DNA from: Promethearchaeota archaeon
GTDB taxonomy: Archaea > Asgardarchaeota > Lokiarchaeia > Sigyniarchaeales > SOKP01
Direction of reading: 5' to 3'
NCBI GenBank assembly: GCA_030599585.1
Contig: JAUVNS010000007.1
Location: forward strand, 96,001 to 160,000
Length of the DNA: 64,000 bases
Part shown: positions 62,615 through 64,000 of the stretch, one piece after another
Layout of the letters: every line of letters begins with the position of its first letter
Numbering within the stretch: the first letter of the stretch is position 1
Program-made: the position numbers and the translations under genes
The notes under the pieces: model-generated
What the model was told of the DNA's origin: nothing
Databases searched by the model: none
Seen by the model: the letters and a program-made list of their open reading frames with translations, nothing else

Positions 62615-64000
62615 CTAGGTGGATTTAACTTTGATATAAGTCACTACTCCAATTAGTGCCACTATTGTGAAAAATGCTAAATGAAAAAAGTTGAAACCTG
62701 GAATTTTTTTGATTCTTAAATTATTTTCTTCTATATAGACGAAAAATTGAAATATTTTTTCGCTAGCATAGTCATCCGACCATATAATATCAAAATAATG
62801 TAAAAACCCTTCAGAATTATATTCTACATAACCATGTATTGATGAGTTATTAACAGAATCAAATAATATTTCAATAGGTGCCCAATTATATGTGGAATAA
62901 TAATAAATATTCGATAAATCCGATCTCGTAAGATATGGTATTATCGGTGTAGGTATAAAATACGGAATTATATGTGGCAGTAAGTTACTTCCATTACTTT
63001 CGGAAGGATTCATAAGAAATGCCATACTCTCGGTTTTATTAGGATTTAAATCAAAATCGGCGTTATCTTCAACCCAATCCCAAATATCATAGGTAACTGT
63101 TGTGTGCGTTGTATTTTCCAGAATCGATTTAATTTTAATCTTAATTTTATCATCATTATTAAATCCAGGAAGTAATCCAAAATCATATTCCCAATTGTTT
63201 CCAAAAATTGTCTGCATCGCACTATTATTTATTTTATTTATTTTCCAAACATATTCATCATTTACTTCGCAGTTGAAATCCCATGAACCAGAAGTCATTT
63301 CATTATACTCAAAAGTAATCGCTAGATTTGAAATCGGTAAAATAGGATCAAATCTATTATAATTGGCTAAGTCTCCATAGTCAATCCCGATTAAAGGGGA
63401 AAAATAATCAAGATGATATACATTTTTATATTGAAATGTTATATCTCCATTTTCTTTTAAAATAACTTCAAAATCACCAATATTCTGCCAATTATAATAA
63501 TCATAAACATGATAATATTCAATAACAAGGTAACGATTCGGGGATGTTCCAAAGAATTCATAATAGATATCTCCCTCATATGAGGGGTCCAAATCCTCTG
63601 CTAACAAAGCAATGCAAGCGAAATTTTCAATGTTATAACTCGGAATAAAGCCTGGGAACCAGCTAGTTCCTCCTAGATTTGTCAAACTCATCCAGCCGTT
63701 TGAGCTTACGTAAATGCTTGAGAAATTCTTTTTATAAAATTCAAAATTCCAAGATGTTAAGTGTATTACATCATAAGAATCGTCAGTATTACTTATACTC
63801 ATGCGAATACCAGATTCCTTAATTTCAATCCAAGAATAATTATCATTAAACATATCATATCCGCCTCCACTCACTGAAGCAGGCTTAGTTTGAGGTTTTG
63901 TATTGTTATTTTGATCACCATATTTATAATACATTGAACAAACGGGATATAGTAATTGAAGGGCTAAAATAAGTATAATTAGTAAGTTAACTTTGGATCG
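62615..64000 (-). CDS. Surface protein (nidogen-like N-terminal domain, C-terminal IPGF-TM anchor); start lies beyond the window edge
   Basis: Frame is open from 64000 (RSKVNLLIILILALQLL.. signal-like); IYVSSNGW..DLDP; IPGFN followed by TM. Confidence 0.75.
   Translation of the reverse strand, partial: RSKVNLLIILILALQLLYPVCSMYYKYGDQNNNTKPQTKPASVSGGGYDMFNDNYSWIEIKESGIRMSISNTDDSYDVIHLTSWNFEFYKKNFSSIYVSSNGWMSLTNLGGTSWFPGFIPSYNIENFACIALLAEDLDPSYEGDIYYEFFGTSPNRYLVIEYYHVYDYYNWQNIGDFEVILKENGDITFQYKNVYHLDYFSPLIGIDYGDLANYNRFDPILPISNLAITFEYNEMTSGSWDFNCEVNDEYVWKINKINNSAMQTIFGNNWEYDFGLLPGFNNDDKIKIKIKSILENTTHTTVTYDIWDWVEDNADFDLNPNKTESMAFLMNPSESNGSNLLPHIIPYFIPTPIIPYLTRSDLSNIYYYSTYNWAPIEILFDSVNNSSIHGYVEYNSEGFLHYFDIIWSDDYASEKIFQFFVYIEENNLRIKKIPGFNFFHLAFFTIVALIGVVTYIKVKST

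Noticed and set aside
1-64000. rRNA, tRNA (including tRNA-Sec), transposases, integrases, CRISPR
   Set aside because: None recognised by eye; tRNAscan-SE and cmscan were not run

Overview
AT-rich window from an archaeal chromosome, most likely Asgard/Lokiarchaeia. This is inferred from a Rab-like GTPase, eukaryote-type SECIS elements, IPGF-type C-terminal anchors, UroD/SCP2/MaoC/AOR paralogs and frequent TTG/GTG starts. It is mostly metabolic genes, and I found no rRNA, tRNA, CRISPR array or transposase. Main signals not shown by the ORF track: (1) a 25-codon His-rich leader peptide (…SEHHHLHYK*) with mutually exclusive RNA stems and a U7 tract directly upstream of the his operon, a candidate ribosome-mediated attenuator in an archaeon; (2) two peroxiredoxin-like selenoproteins cut by in-frame UGA, one UxxC and one UxxU, each followed 19 nt after the stop by a homologous AUGA..AA..GA SECIS-like stem plus a second covarying hairpin; (3) hisC, hisAF and an MFS gene that appear to need ATC/ATA/ATT start codons; (4) a Cloacimonas-type lysine fermentation set (kamA, kamB, kamDE, kdd, kce, kat) split over three loci. 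Also present: a HisA-HisF fusion, an SCP2-glycyl radical enzyme fusion, an EamA-Lrp fusion, a duplicated ~110-bp palindrome-containing upstream module, and a GC-rich structured element at a gene truncation. All family calls come from motif recognition by eye; no searches were run.
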